From a bacterium (lineage in GTDB: Bacteria; Patescibacteriota; Microgenomatia; JAMCZE01): a DNA stretch of 64,000 nucleotides. The notes beneath the pieces were generated by a model. It did not search any database and was not told the origin of the DNA. It saw nothing but the letters and a program-made list of their open reading frames with translations. Numbering within the stretch: the first letter of the stretch is position 1; each line of letters begins with the position of its first letter. Location of the stretch: positions 223,765 to 287,764 of the forward strand of contig JAKBJL010000001.1 of the NCBI GenBank assembly GCA_021836035.1, written 5' to 3'. Both the position numbers and the translations under genes were made by a program. Of this stretch, positions 25,442-36,050 are shown piece after piece.

Positions 25442-26188
25442 ATGGACGTAAACCTTCAGACTTCTCCAATAAATAAATCGAAAAAAACATTTATTAAACG
25501 CTTTTGGTGGCCAATTTTAATAACAGTCATCCTGCTGGCGGGGGTGGTTGGCGTCTTGAGTATGGTCGAGCGGAGGAAAAGTCAAGAAAATGAATTTCCC
25601 GGTTTGGAAAATGAACGGCGGATAACCCTGTCGTTACCTTTTTCCCGAGACAACGAGCCCTTTTCCATAATGCCTTACGGGGAAACAATAAACCACCCGG
25701 GCAAGATTGGCCATCCGGGGTTGGATTTTTTCTGGGAAAAGCGTGTTCCCCTATTGTCTAGCGCGGACGGTAGGGTGCAGGATATAACAACCGATAACAA
25801 ATTAGGGATTGGCACCTGGACAGTGGTCGTAGTTAATGATTATTACCAAATGGTCTACGGGAATATGGGAGATTATAACCGAAATCTTAAGATGGGCAAT
25901 GTTATAAAAAGGGGAGATTTAATCGGTTATCCGATGAATAAAGCCGACATTGGCTTGGGTAAAGATTTTGCGTTTCACTGGGGTTTCGGATATACCCACG
26001 ATAACGAATTGATGCTGTGCCCCTACACATATTTCGATAGTGATGCAAGAGTAGGGTTGGATAAAATCTGGGCCAATTCGACCGGTTACCAGGATAAAGC
26101 TAAGTTTCCTAAAATCTGCAATGGGGTTTTCGACGGTTTGGATTCAATAAAAGATTATTATCAAGTCCGGGCGCAAGTAGAAAAATAA
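25442..26188 (+). CDS. Membrane-anchored M23 peptidase-like protein
   Basis: HPGLDF (HxxxD), SSADGRV, IKRGDLIGY, FHWG. Confidence 0.7.
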   Translation: MDVNLQTSPINKSKKTFIKRFWWPILITVILLAGVVGVLSMVERRKSQENEFPGLENERRITLSLPFSRDNEPFSIMPYGETINHPGKIGHPGLDFFWEKRVPLLSSADGRVQDITTDNKLGIGTWTVVVVNDYYQMVYGNMGDYNRNLKMGNVIKRGDLIGYPMNKADIGLGKDFAFHWGFGYTHDNELMLCPYTYFDSDARVGLDKIWANSTGYQDKAKFPKICNGVFDGLDSIKDYYQVRAQVEK

Positions 26189-26211
26189 GGTTTGCCTCTC
26201 CGAATATGGGA

Positions 26212-27000
26212 CTAGTCAACTCCTTTTATATCGATCTTTGTCAGGGCTAAATATCCTACTAAAACGATAATCATAGCGGTTAGAACTAAACTTGTTAGCC
26301 CGGTGCCATAACCCAATCCTCCTAAATCGGGAGTCCGGCCAAACCAATCGGCGAAAGAAGCCCCCAGGGGTCGGGTGACAATGTAGGCTAACCAAAAGGT
26401 TAAAGTTTCATTAGCACGCAAAATTTTTCTAGCTAAAAGCGGTGACAAGAAAAGAATAATAAATAACACCCCCGAAGATAAATAACCCCAACCCAAGGTA
26501 ATCGCGGTCATGTCTCCCAGGGCTGTTCCTAAGGCGAAGGTCGTCATCACGGTGGCCCAATAAAATAGTTCCCGTCCGGGGTTATTAATGGTATGAATGG
26601 ACAGACTATGTTCCACCCGATACCAAATATTAAAAATAATTCCTAGGCAGACGGCAAAAAATATTGTTGAGATTAAGTAAGGTACACCCAGGACGATATG
26701 GACGACATCAGCGGCCATAGTGCCGAATATGGCTACCATCACTACTGTCAGCCAGTAAACCCAAGCAATGTATTTTCTAACCCGGAACTCCAATAGGAGG
26801 GAAATTCCTAACCCCGCCGCCCCCAACAAAACAGCCACCACGGGATTAATGGTGTGTACTAAATAATCAGAGACCGACTCTCCTAAAGCCGTGGTCAAAA
26901 GTTTAATAATCCAAAAAAGGGCAATAATCTCCGGGACCTTCCGGGCCAGTTTCAAAGAAAGGATTTTTCCCAAATAGGTTTTTAATTTTGCCAAATCCAT
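26212..27000 (-). CDS. COG4705/DUF347 membrane protein
   Basis: KVPEI..LFWIIK..TT..GE..SD, GT.AAD, RELFYW, TRPLGASFAD. Confidence 0.88.
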   Translation of the reverse strand: MDLAKLKTYLGKILSLKLARKVPEIIALFWIIKLLTTALGESVSDYLVHTINPVVAVLLGAAGLGISLLLEFRVRKYIAWVYWLTVVMVAIFGTMAADVVHIVLGVPYLISTIFFAVCLGIIFNIWYRVEHSLSIHTINNPGRELFYWATVMTTFALGTALGDMTAITLGWGYLSSGVLFIILFLSPLLARKILRANETLTFWLAYIVTRPLGASFADWFGRTPDLGGLGYGTGLTSLVLTAMIIVLVGYLALTKIDIKGVD

Positions 27001-27449
27001 AGTCGTTTACTTAAGCCAAAGGCTACCCAGGTCATACTGACGGCAATAAGAACTGAGCCAACGATATCCAATGGTTGGTGGACGTACGCCAAGACCCGGG
27101 CAAGGCCAATTAGCAAAGACAGGATAAAAAGCAAGACTCCCCACCTCCGGTTAAAAACAAAAATAACCGAAGCAATAGTTGCGGTTAAAAGAGTGTGGTC
27201 AGAAGGGAAGCCGTTATCGGCCGCATGAGCGAATAGGGGTTGAATGTGCTCCGTAACGAAAGGCCTGGGGTTATAGACCAAAATAGCTGCTATTTTAGCC
27301 AGAAGGAAAGACAGAATGAAAGCAACCAAAGTTAGAACCATTAACCTTTTCCTCGTTTGCCCACCGGCTTTTACCAGGAAAACTACCAAAGTTAGAACGC
27401 TAATCAGAAAAAAATACTTAGAGGTAATAATTATCAGAAAATTAGCCAT
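26982..27449 (-). CDS. PAP2-family phosphatase (undecaprenyl-PP phosphatase-like)
   Basis: RPF, FPSDH, ARV..VH.P.D. Confidence 0.88.
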   Translation of the reverse strand: MANFLIIITSKYFFLISVLTLVVFLVKAGGQTRKRLMVLTLVAFILSFLLAKIAAILVYNPRPFVTEHIQPLFAHAADNGFPSDHTLLTATIASVIFVFNRRWGVLLFILSLLIGLARVLAYVHQPLDIVGSVLIAVSMTWVAFGLSKRLWIWQN

Positions 27450-27956
27450 CTGCTAAATATAGCACACAGTTTAGTCAACCGTTCATAGCCTTGGGGTTTG
27501 GATCTCCACGCGACTCCTTTTGTTGTAATACAATAAAGTTGTGACGTTAAAAGAGGTGCACCGAATGTTTCCCGTTTCCCCAAAACATCAAGCGTATAGG
27601 TTTCTAGCAGTTGGACCCGGAGCTTCGTAATCTAGACCGTCTGGGCTCCGGGCTTATTGACCGCCACAGAATTCGGACTTTCAATTTGTGCTGTGCTTTC
27701 CTGTATGCAAGGATTCGAGGATCTCGACTGAAAGGCCTGAGGCTATCGAAGACAAAATGGGCTTTTTAGTCAAAGTGATCACCCGCCCGAGCGTCGAGGG
27801 GGGTGAGGGGATTATCTTTTGTTGGGCGGTTAACGGGGAAGTTATTGTGGAAATTGGCGAATTATCATACATTTGAAATTTCCAGTAGTATAAACCTGCT
27901 ATTTTATTTTTGGAATAGAACTTGATAACGTTATGACGCAATGAGATACTAAGTTA

Positions 27957-28556
27957 GTGTTGAGACGGGATATCACTAACTCCAGGTTTTTCCAGGTTTT
28001 TATACCCTTTAATCTTCTGACGATGTTATTTGCCGGTTGGGGAATGCTGGAAAGCACAGTCTATTTTGGGATGACGCTCTTTAGCCGTACGGATCAGGCA
28101 CTCATAAACAAAAATGGCACAACCTTTGTCGCCATACTTACGGCCGGCACAATTTTATATTTGGCGATAAATACAATTGATAAATTAAAAACAAGATTGT
28201 TAAAAGCCCTGGTTTTTGCCGTGGCTCTTTGGCTGATGTCAGCTGTCGATATAGCGATGTTCTTTATTATCTATTTTTTGTCGAGTTTCGTTTTGGGCGA
28301 TATCCATCACATTTTATATGGCCGGGGTATTTACGGGGAACCAGAGAGCGGCTTTACACTTATGGTGGGTATCGCGGGTTTAGTTATCGTTGTCGGGGTA
28401 ACGACGTTATATTTCATAAAATTAAAAAGAAGCGGAAAAACTTTCCCGGAGACGATTAAATCATGTGCGATATTTTTCTATTTTATGATTTTTGTGACTT
28501 TACCTTTAACCATACAGCTTCTGATTACCGGCCCCGCCGCGTTTTATTCCCGGTAA
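27957..28556 (+). CDS. Hypothetical multi-pass membrane protein
   Basis: About 5 hydrophobic segments. Confidence 0.6.
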   Translation: MLRRDITNSRFFQVFIPFNLLTMLFAGWGMLESTVYFGMTLFSRTDQALINKNGTTFVAILTAGTILYLAINTIDKLKTRLLKALVFAVALWLMSAVDIAMFFIIYFLSSFVLGDIHHILYGRGIYGEPESGFTLMVGIAGLVIVVGVTTLYFIKLKRSGKTFPETIKSCAIFFYFMIFVTLPLTIQLLITGPAAFYSR

Positions 28557-28710
28557 TGGATAAAGGACGAAGACGGAAAGCTGCCAAAATTGCCCAGGGC
28601 TCCTCTGGGCCTTATTGATCGGGAACCTCTAAGTACTAAAATACGTTTATCCCCGCGAACAGCCGACCCTGGAGTCACATTGGGCTCCATTATTTGCGAT
28701 AAATTTTTTT

Positions 28711-29106
28711 ATGCTTTGCGAAGGTAATGTTTTTATTGAAAATGAAACAAAAGGAGAGAATTTTGAAGGTGTCTTGTTCGAGAATTGCAGATTTAATAAT
28801 ACCAATCTTCGGTTTACCACCTTTAATAATTGTAGTTTTGAAAATTGCGATCTGTCCGGAACGTTAATGGATATTACTGGTCTCTCCAACTGCAAATTCC
28901 ACAATAGTAAACTCAGGGGCGTTGACCTTTCTCCGGCCCAGCTAAAAAACTTCGATTTCTCGGAAGCTATCCTTAGAGACTATATTTTTCAACAACCATC
29001 CGGTCGCAGTTTTCATCCGAAAACAGTCAATGGGTGTATCGGCAAACTTAGCAAAAGATTCCCCGACAGGGTCAAGGGGGCTTTTCCTGAGATATTATTC
29101 CAATGA
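28711..29106 (+). pseudogene. Pentapeptide-repeat protein, probably truncated or frameshifted
   Basis: ENFEG-VLFEN-CRFNN-TNLRF-TTFNN-CSFEN-CDLSG repeats followed by a non-repeat tail. Confidence 0.55.
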
Positions 29107-29180
29107 CAGTCCCGGAGCTCGCTAAGGGATGCACTGCCCGGTGCACCCTAAGGCCCTAACGGAGGGAAGCGGCCAATTCC

Positions 29181-29591
29181 CTATCCGATCGTCCGCTCGC
29201 CGGCATTTAAACGGATTTGAGAGTCAATGACCCGATGGCCCACAATGATGTCCTGTTTCGTTTGGGCGGAGAGCGATAGTTTGGCAATTTCCTTAGGGGT
29301 AAACCAGGTAAAGGAAAAGTCTTTGGTGGCCGGAAAATCTTTCAGGATTTTTGCCTCGGCATAAACAATGGTATATTTTTTCCCCTTAGCAACATATTCA
29401 TAAACCGGGCGGACTGCTCCTGCCGGCAGTTTCATTTTCAGAAGCTCCGTAATTACTTCGGTAAACCCCCCGCTATTGGTACCCCCCAACAGGGTCCATT
29501 CGGACTTTCCTGCAGAGGAATCCCGTTGTAGAAGTATTTTCTGAGACTGGGGGTGATAGAGAAATCCGCTGGAATGACGATACATAATCAA
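29181..29591 (-). CDS. Degenerate NUDIX-like protein
   Basis: GFLY...KILLQR...WTLLGG, FTWFT..EI; the Nudix box is incomplete. Confidence 0.55.
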   Translation of the reverse strand: MIMYRHSSGFLYHPQSQKILLQRDSSAGKSEWTLLGGTNSGGFTEVITELLKMKLPAGAVRPVYEYVAKGKKYTIVYAEAKILKDFPATKDFSFTWFTPKEIAKLSLSAQTKQDIIVGHRVIDSQIRLNAGERTIG

Positions 29592-29621
29592 TTGGCCTAT
29601 TATACTCTTCTTGACTTTTCT

Positions 29622-29650
29622 TTGACTTTTCCGGCCTTGTCTGTTATAAT
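29622..29650 (+). promoter_or_regulatory. sigma70 promoter
   Basis: TTGACT-N17-TATAAT with a TG extension. Confidence 0.7.
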
Positions 29651-29656
29651 CTTGGC

Positions 29657-29826
29657 ACTGCTTAATCTTAAGTAAGTCTTAGTTTAGCAAGATAAAGATA
29701 CCTCAGACATTCGTTCTTTAAATTTGTATCTTTTCTCCTAAAATACTTCTCAAGCTTTTCTTAAGCAGTAATTCGCAAATATTTATTTAAATTTATAGTT
29801 GGAGCCCAACAGGGCTCCAATTTTTA
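29657..29826 (+). ncRNA. Candidate ~170-nt small RNA (rod-like, 6S-like?)
   Basis: Starts 7 nt after the -10; closing stem ACTGCTTAA/TTAAGCAGT, inner AAAGATAC/GTATCTTT; ends in a terminator; contains no ORF. Confidence 0.5.
29799..29825 (+). terminator. Rho-independent terminator
   Basis: TTGGAGCCC-AACA-GGGCTCCAA followed by T5. Confidence 0.75.
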
Positions 29827-29936
29827 TGCTGGAATAAAATTTAATGAACGCTTTCTAATTTAGGAGCCGTTCAATGACGGCGTAATTCCGTTTGCTCTCT
29901 TTACAATCAATACCGAATGGATAATGATATTTTTTT

Positions 29937-30461
29937 ATGGGCAAGCGGGGGTTAGGGTTAATTGCCGGGGGAGTTATTTTTGCCGTTGTGGTTGGCCTGG
30001 CGGCGTTTAAGTTGGGCAGCCGGCGGCCGGCGGTTAGGGAAATTATCCCCGACCCCACGCCGATAGCGGTAGTTTCTCCTGATCCCACCGTTCAACAGAT
30101 AGCGCCGGAGGAAACCGCGATGGCTTTTTACGCAAATTACGAAGATTGCCTGAAGAATCCCCCGGCGGTGGCTGCGGGGCGGGTAAGCACATACTGCCGA
30201 AGCCGTAATCCGTTTATTACGGCTGCTTTTGTAGCCAACCTGGCACAAGGCGGGATCGCCAGCGCCGGAGCGGATCCGATTGTCTGCGCCCAGAATTTCC
30301 CGACCGGTTTTAACCCCGGGATTGCTACTATATCCGGAAACCTGGCGAAGGTAGAAGTAACGGAAAATTTCGGCGGAGTAGAAAATATCAAAACTTTAAT
30401 TAACTTGTTACAGGAAAACGGCAGTTGGAAAGTGGACAAGATTATCTGCCCCAAACCCTAA
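29937..30461 (+). CDS. Membrane-anchored NTF2-like/DUF3828-like protein
   Basis: PEETAMAFY, ADPIVCAQN, L..ENGSWKVDKI.C. Confidence 0.65.
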   Translation: MGKRGLGLIAGGVIFAVVVGLAAFKLGSRRPAVREIIPDPTPIAVVSPDPTVQQIAPEETAMAFYANYEDCLKNPPAVAAGRVSTYCRSRNPFITAAFVANLAQGGIASAGADPIVCAQNFPTGFNPGIATISGNLAKVEVTENFGGVENIKTLINLLQENGSWKVDKIICPKP

Positions 30462-30478
30462 AAACCTTCTGTAAAAAA

Positions 30479-30808
30479 TTATTTATTCTCCGTTTTATTC
30501 AATTCCGCAAGCAGGAGAAAGCCGGCATCAGTAGCGTCGGCAAGTGAGGGATAAAGTATTTCATCTCCCGTCTGGGTATTTTCAAAAGTCATCCTGCCAA
30601 CCTCGATACGAAATCCTTTGGCCCCTTGTTTAATTTTTTCGGGGGGGAGTTTCCCCGGGGGGACAAACCCACCATCGGGCCCAATATTATCCGCCTCTTC
30701 AATGAATTTCCCCGTATCGTATTCAAAAATAAAACTTTTCCCCTGGGCGATGCAGGTGATAATTAGCTGCAGTAACTTGTTTTCAACATTCTCAGGATTT
30801 TGGCTCAT
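30479..30808 (-). CDS. Hypothetical protein
   Basis: 109-aa ORF with plausible composition. Confidence 0.45.
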   Translation of the reverse strand: MSQNPENVENKLLQLIITCIAQGKSFIFEYDTGKFIEEADNIGPDGGFVPPGKLPPEKIKQGAKGFRIEVGRMTFENTQTGDEILYPSLADATDAGFLLLAELNKTENK

Positions 30809-31413
30809 TAAAGCAGATGATAATTTATACTTTGCTTGTTTTCAAGCCTTAACGCCGGCATATTATTTTTGCTTTCCGCCGGGCTTTTCGGTTTCTCCAG
30901 ATCTTCTTTTTCCCAGAACCGGAGGGCAAATTATCGATCAAAATATTCCCCAAAAGGAATAACGGGAAATTAATTTCTACCCCGTTGGTATAAACAATTA
31001 TTGATTCCTCCGGTACATTCTCCAAGAGAAATATTTTCCCTTCTGGCTCTAAAATTGACCCGCTTACGGAAGTGAATCCCTGCGGGTTTTAGTCTCCGCC
31101 GCTGCCGCGGAGCCTGTCTGGGGAAAGAGAAACCGGGTTTATATAATGCCCGTTTTGCCCTGGCGTTTCGCGAGAGCCGGATTGCCCGCTGGCCCTTTTC
31201 CGGGCCGATTATTATCGAGGGCGAACGTGTTGTCGACAACTGGTGCCTTTTGGGCGAAGAATTCGACCTGGATACCTATAAAATTTTACAGCGGTATTTT
31301 AAAAATATTAAAAACCACAAAAAAATCCGTCGCTATCAATTTCCCCCGCGGGTTTTTTCGGCGAATTAAGGGGATATTTAATTTCCCCTGGACATCCTCT
31401 CCGGTTTTGTTTT

Positions 31414-31956
31414 ATGATAGGGCTCATGCGTTCTGGCTTGGTAATCGGCGGCAGCATTTTAGCGGTTTTAGCTATCGTCGCCGCGGTAGTTTTAGGAACT
31501 ACTTTTACCAGCCAACAGTCCCGGGAAACACCAGCTCCGCTAACGGCGGAGCTTAAGCCTACAGTATTACCGGCAAGTAACAGCGGGCAAACGGCATCGT
31601 CTTCTGATACAATTAAAACACCCATCAATATGGACGGATTAAAAATTGAGGATCTTAAGACGGGGACCGGCGCGGAAGCAGTATCCGGAAAAAAAGTTAC
31701 TGTCAACTATCTGGGAACTCTTACAAACGGCAAAAAATTTGACAGTTCCTACGACCGCGGGACTCCCTTTACTTTTAATCTCGGCGCCGGAGAGGTAATC
31801 AAAGGCTGGGACCAGGGAGTCGTCGGGATGAAGGTCGGGGGCAAAAGAAAATTAACCATTCCGCCGGAATTGGGTTACGGAGAACGCGGCGCGGGGAGTT
31901 CTATTCCTCCTAATGCTACGCTAATCTTTGAAGTAGAACTTCTCAAAGTGGAATAA
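31414..31956 (+). CDS. FKBP-type peptidyl-prolyl cis-trans isomerase, membrane-anchored
   Basis: [49 protein letters not shown]...[14 protein letters not shown]. Confidence 0.96.
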   Translation: MIGLMRSGLVIGGSILAVLAIVAAVVLGTTFTSQQSRETPAPLTAELKPTVLPASNSGQTASSSDTIKTPINMDGLKIEDLKTGTGAEAVSGKKVTVNYLGTLTNGKKFDSSYDRGTPFTFNLGAGEVIKGWDQGVVGMKVGGKRKLTIPPELGYGERGAGSSIPPNATLIFEVELLKVE

Positions 31957-31970
31957 ATTTCCCCGTCAAG

Positions 31971-32330
31971 GTGGTTGCGGGGACGGCGCGAAAAACAAAT
32001 ACCGCGCCGGTAGCAGCTCCCGCCTCCGCGCAAGATGGCAATATCCAGGTAATCAAAACAGTCTATACTTACAGTAAAGATTTTGTCCTTAACCAATTTA
32101 TAGTTAAAGCCGGGCAACCGGTCGGGTTTGAAGTTGAGGCTCAGGAAGACGTTCCCGGTTGCGTGGGCAGTATTACCGTCCCGGTCTTGACAGACAAGAT
32201 AGACTTAATTAAAAGAGAAAAGACCTCCGTTTTGGAACTCACACCGGTCAAAACGGGAAAATACCCATTACCCGTGCGATGGGAGTGCCCAGAGGAGGGA
32301 TAACAGTAAAGCAGCAAATCAGTAAATCAA
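31971..32330 (+). pseudogene. Cupredoxin-domain fragment, frameshifted
   Basis: VKAGQPV, GC..SI, TP.KTGKY; the C-terminal 'IT(R)AMGVPRG.ITV' lies in another frame from about 32267. Confidence 0.65.
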
Positions 32331-32337
32331 TAAAAAG

Positions 32338-32517
32338 ATGATAACGAATTTTCAACTAAAAAATTTAAACCGTGAAGCACGTAAAAAGATTAGCGAAATG
32401 AAAATCGGGCAAATCCCCGGCGTGGAAAAGGTGAAGGCGGATTTAAATACCGGCCGGGAGATTTCTAAGGAAGAAGTTGGGGCGTCATTATCGGGTACAG
32501 ATTACCGGGTTATGTAA
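32338..32517 (+). pseudogene. HMA/CopZ-like chaperone with CxxC replaced by RxxR (59 aa; not in the ORF track)
   Basis: MITNFQLKNLNREARKKISEMKIGQIPGVEKVKADLNTG...; CGT codons at 32371 and 32380. Confidence 0.6.
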
Positions 32518-32519
32518 CT

Positions 32520-34895
32520 ATGGCAAAACGGACCCAATTATCTTTATCGGGGATGCATTGCGCCTCCTGCGCGCTGCTAATAGAAAAATCGCTGCAGGAT
32601 ACCAAGGGGGTAAACTCCGCGCATGTTAATTTCGCGGCGGAGAAAGCCCTCGTGGATTTTAACGAAAGTGACGCCAGCGAGGAAGATTTAGTTGCCGCTG
32701 TAGAAAAAGCCGGTTATCAAGCTTCGGTCTACAATTCCCAAAATGCCGAGGCCGAAACACACCACCACCATGAAGAAATTGCCGGGCAGTTTCGTAAGTT
32801 CGTTGCCAGCCTGTTACTCTCTTTACCCATGGCCTATTTTATGCTGCTGGATTTCTTTCCCGGTCTGCCCGGCGGCGGAATTTTGCCTCCCTATGCCGGG
32901 CTTATTTCCCTGATTCTTGTGACACCGGTGCAGTTTATTATCGGCCGGCAATTTTACCAGGGCGCCTGGTCGGCTCTCAGAATGCGGACATTTAACATGG
33001 ATTCCCTGATTGCCATCGGAACCTCGGTAGCTTACTTCTATAGTTATCTGAGTTTTATCCGCTATTTTGTCGTAACGGGTTCATTGGTCGGGTTGAACGG
33101 AGCTAAAATTCCGGATTTATATTTTGAAACAGCGGCCTTCCTGGTTACTTTTGTTATTTTAGGGAAGTTTCTGGAAGCAAAAGCTAAAGGAAGAACCTCT
33201 GATGCCATAAAGAAGCTAATGGGACTGCAGGCGAAAACAGCAAGGGTTAAACGGCCGGGGGATAGGGGCGAGTGGCGGGAAAGGGATATCCCGATTGAGG
33301 AAGTAAAAACGGGGGACATCGTGATGGTCAGGCCCGGGGAAAAGATTCCCGTGGACGGTACTATTATTAAAGGCTCTTCGGCGGTGGATGAATCAATGGT
33401 TACGGGTGAAAGTTTGCCGGTAGAAAAACAGGCAAGCGATATGGTTATCGGCGGGACGATGAACAAAACCGGCAGCTTTGAATTTAAAGCAACCCGGGTC
33501 GGATCGGAAACCACACTGTCGCAGATAATTAAACTGGTGGAAGACGCCCAGGGCTCTAAGGCGCCGATCCAGGATTTTGCTGACCGGATTTCGGCCTACT
33601 TTGCTCCCGCCGTGATCGGAATTGCCCTGTTTTCTTTTGTAGTGTGGTACATTTTCTTAGGAGCTCCCCTGTCTTTTGCCCTGATGGCTTTCACGGCGGT
33701 GATCGTTATTGCCTGCCCCTGCGCTTTGGGTTTGGCAACGCCCACGGCCATCATGGTCGGGACCGGTAAGGGGGCGGAAAACGGCATTTTGGTTAAGGGA
33801 GGGGTACCGCTGGAAGCGGCCTGTAAAATAAACACCCTTGTTTTTGATAAAACGGGCACTTTAACCAAGGGAAAACCGGAAGTGACGGATATGATAGCGA
33901 CCGGGGGTAGGAAGTTAGGGACCGTTAACTTATTAAAAATCGCGGCGTCGTTAGAGAGGAAATCGGAACACCCCCTGGCGGAAGCTATTGCGGAAAAAGC
34001 AAAAAGTAGGGGATTAACCCTACGCGATACTAAAGAGTTTAAAGCCATACCGGGGCGCGGTGTGACCGGAAAAATCGGTAAGCAGGTTTACTATTTGGGG
34101 AACCGCAAACTAATCAGCGAAAACGCCGAATTAAAATTGGGAGATTTTGAAAAGCAATTAAAAATATGGGAAGACCATGGCAAGACGGCGATGATTTTAG
34201 CTGACAGGAAAAATATATTGGGGGCAATCGCGGTAGCGGATACGGTTAAAGAAACTTCGAAAGAGGCAGTAGCCGGTTTGCAGAAAATGGGTATTGAAAC
34301 CTGGATGATCACCGGGGATAACGTCCGGACCGCCAAGGCCATTGCCGACCAGGTAGGAATTACCCAAGTGTTAGCCGAAGTTCTCCCCGAAGACAAAGCA
34401 AACGAAGTCAAAAAACTACAGGAAACGGGGAAGAAGGTGGGGATGGTCGGTGACGGCCTTAACGATGCTCCGGCGCTCGCGCAGGCGGATCTGGGGATTG
34501 TTATGGGCAGCGGTACCGACGCGGCGATGGAAACCGGCGGGATAGTGATTATTAAAAACGACCTGCGGGATGTGGTTAACGCCATCGATTTATCAAAAGA
34601 AACCGTGGGAAAAATAAAACAAAATATGTTTTTCGCCCTTTTTTATAACGTAATCGGGATCCCCGTAGCCGCGAGAGCTTTTATGTTTGCCGGTTTGGTT
34701 TTAAAGCCGGAACTGGCAGGGTTAGCCATGGCTTTAAGCTCTATTTCGGTAGTAAGTAATTCTCTGCTGTTGCGCCGCTACGTCCCCGGACGAAAAAATT
34801 ACCTTTCCGCGATCGCGCCGTTTGCTATGGTTCTTGCTTTTACTTTCCTTTTTATCCAATTCGCCCGCTTTAGTTCCGGGGTGGCCGCAAAATAG
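32520..34895 (+). CDS. copA: Copper-translocating P1B-type ATPase
   Basis: [47 protein letters not shown]...P and MALSS. Confidence 0.95.
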   Translation: MAKRTQLSLSGMHCASCALLIEKSLQDTKGVNSAHVNFAAEKALVDFNESDASEEDLVAAVEKAGYQASVYNSQNAEAETHHHHEEIAGQFRKFVASLLLSLPMAYFMLLDFFPGLPGGGILPPYAGLISLILVTPVQFIIGRQFYQGAWSALRMRTFNMDSLIAIGTSVAYFYSYLSFIRYFVVTGSLVGLNGAKIPDLYFETAAFLVTFVILGKFLEAKAKGRTSDAIKKLMGLQAKTARVKRPGDRGEWRERDIPIEEVKTGDIVMVRPGEKIPVDGTIIKGSSAVDESMVTGESLPVEKQASDMVIGGTMNKTGSFEFKATRVGSETTLSQIIKLVEDAQGSKAPIQDFADRISAYFAPAVIGIALFSFVVWYIFLGAPLSFALMAFTAVIVIACPCALGLATPTAIMVGTGKGAENGILVKGGVPLEAACKINTLVFDKTGTLTKGKPEVTDMIATGGRKLGTVNLLKIAASLERKSEHPLAEAIAEKAKSRGLTLRDTKEFKAIPGRGVTGKIGKQVYYLGNRKLISENAELKLGDFEKQLKIWEDHGKTAMILADRKNILGAIAVADTVKETSKEAVAGLQKMGIETWMITGDNVRTAKAIADQVGITQVLAEVLPEDKANEVKKLQETGKKVGMVGDGLNDAPALAQADLGIVMGSGTDAAMETGGIVIIKNDLRDVVNAIDLSKETVGKIKQNMFFALFYNVIGIPVAARAFMFAGLVLKPELAGLAMALSSISVVSNSLLLRRYVPGRKNYLSAIAPFAMVLAFTFLFIQFARFSSGVAAK

Positions 34896-34917
34896 ATACA
34901 ATGTTATACTGGTTCTC

Positions 34918-35487
34918 GTGAGGAATTTCTTTCTGGGGATGGCCGCGGTAATAATTATCGGCGCGGTTGCCGCCGGTGCTTATTTGCTCGGTAAGTCGGG
35001 GCGGACAATAACTTCCCTAGTCGCTCCCGATAAGGAAACAAATCGGCAGATTGCCAATACTCCGGTTCCTTCTCCCACGGGACAGATGCTGGGGGGTGAC
35101 CGCGATGAACACGGCTGCATCCCTTCGGCGGGTTATTCCTGGTGTGAAAGTAAACAAAAATGTTACCGCCCCTTTGAAGAAGGTTGCCCGGCGGCAAACG
35201 ATAGTGAATTAATAAGGCAGGCTTTATTTAAGAAGAATAATTGGCCGGAAAATAATAGTATCGCCGTGACAATTTCTTTTAATGACGGTCGGTATGCCAA
35301 GGGAACGGTTGCTTCTCAGGGCGGCGGCGGATATGTTTTTGCTGCCAAAGTTAACGGCGCCTGGCAGATTGTAACTGACGGTAACGGGGTAATTTCCTGC
35401 TCGGCTCTGACCGCTTTCCCCGACTATCCGACAACTTTAATCCCCGAGTGCTACGACCAATCTACCGGCAAAGAGGTCAAAAGATAA
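34918..35487 (+). CDS. Membrane-anchored Cys-rich hypothetical protein
   Basis: TM plus the GGDRDEHGCIPSAGYSWCE.K.KC.RP.EE motif; GTG start assumed. Confidence 0.65.
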   Translation: MRNFFLGMAAVIIIGAVAAGAYLLGKSGRTITSLVAPDKETNRQIANTPVPSPTGQMLGGDRDEHGCIPSAGYSWCESKQKCYRPFEEGCPAANDSELIRQALFKKNNWPENNSIAVTISFNDGRYAKGTVASQGGGGYVFAAKVNGAWQIVTDGNGVISCSALTAFPDYPTTLIPECYDQSTGKEVKR

Positions 35488-35677
35488 ACCCGGCATTTAT
35501 TCTCTTTATCCATAATGTTTCCATGAATTGCTTGGTGGAAAGAAAACCGGAAGCGATCATGGACCGGACTACTAGGGGGCTGTCGAGCGGCTCCTCCCGG
35601 GTTTATCAGTAATTGACGAAACTATTACCCGGCTCATTCCCAACTCTAATACTTCTCTGTCATAAAAGAGTGGCTTT

Positions 35678-35992
35678 ATGCTGGGAATACTGCTGGTTGT
35701 TCTTATTATCCTTTGGATTCTGGGCTATATTACTATACCCGGAATCGTGATCCCCGCTTTTCCCCTGTTCTTTCTTAACGGCCATCCCGTTACGCTCTGG
35801 GACTTATTAGTTTTTGCCGTTATTGTTTGGGTGGCCGGCATTATGCCGAGTCCGCTGCGGGAAATTATCTGGGTGATTGTCATTTTATGGATTCTGGCTG
35901 CCTTGGGAATTTTAGCTTTTGCCGGCCTGTCGACAATTCTGATTCTAGCCGTGATTATCGGTTTGCTCCTTTCGCTTTTCCATGCCGCCTGA
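35678..35992 (+). CDS. Small integral membrane protein
   Basis: Very hydrophobic 104-aa ORF. Confidence 0.65.
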   Translation: MLGILLVVLIILWILGYITIPGIVIPAFPLFFLNGHPVTLWDLLVFAVIVWVAGIMPSPLREIIWVIVILWILAALGILAFAGLSTILILAVIIGLLLSLFHAA

Positions 35993-36050
35993 TCCGCAGC
36001 AACGCGTATCTTCAGCTGCTATTCAGTTTAATTTCGTAATTTACAAGCCA

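Noticed and set aside
27616-27652. ZTP (pfl) riboswitch suggested by GACCGTCTGGGC inside a hairpin
   Set aside because: The 5' P1/P2 domain and pseudoknot partner are not visible, and no purine or folate gene follows. Left as an unexplained hairpin.
33062-34585. Long antisense ORFs opposite copA (and similar ones opposite rpoD, the ABC genes and pilB)
   Set aside because: Shadow ORFs arising from the codon bias of the sense genes.
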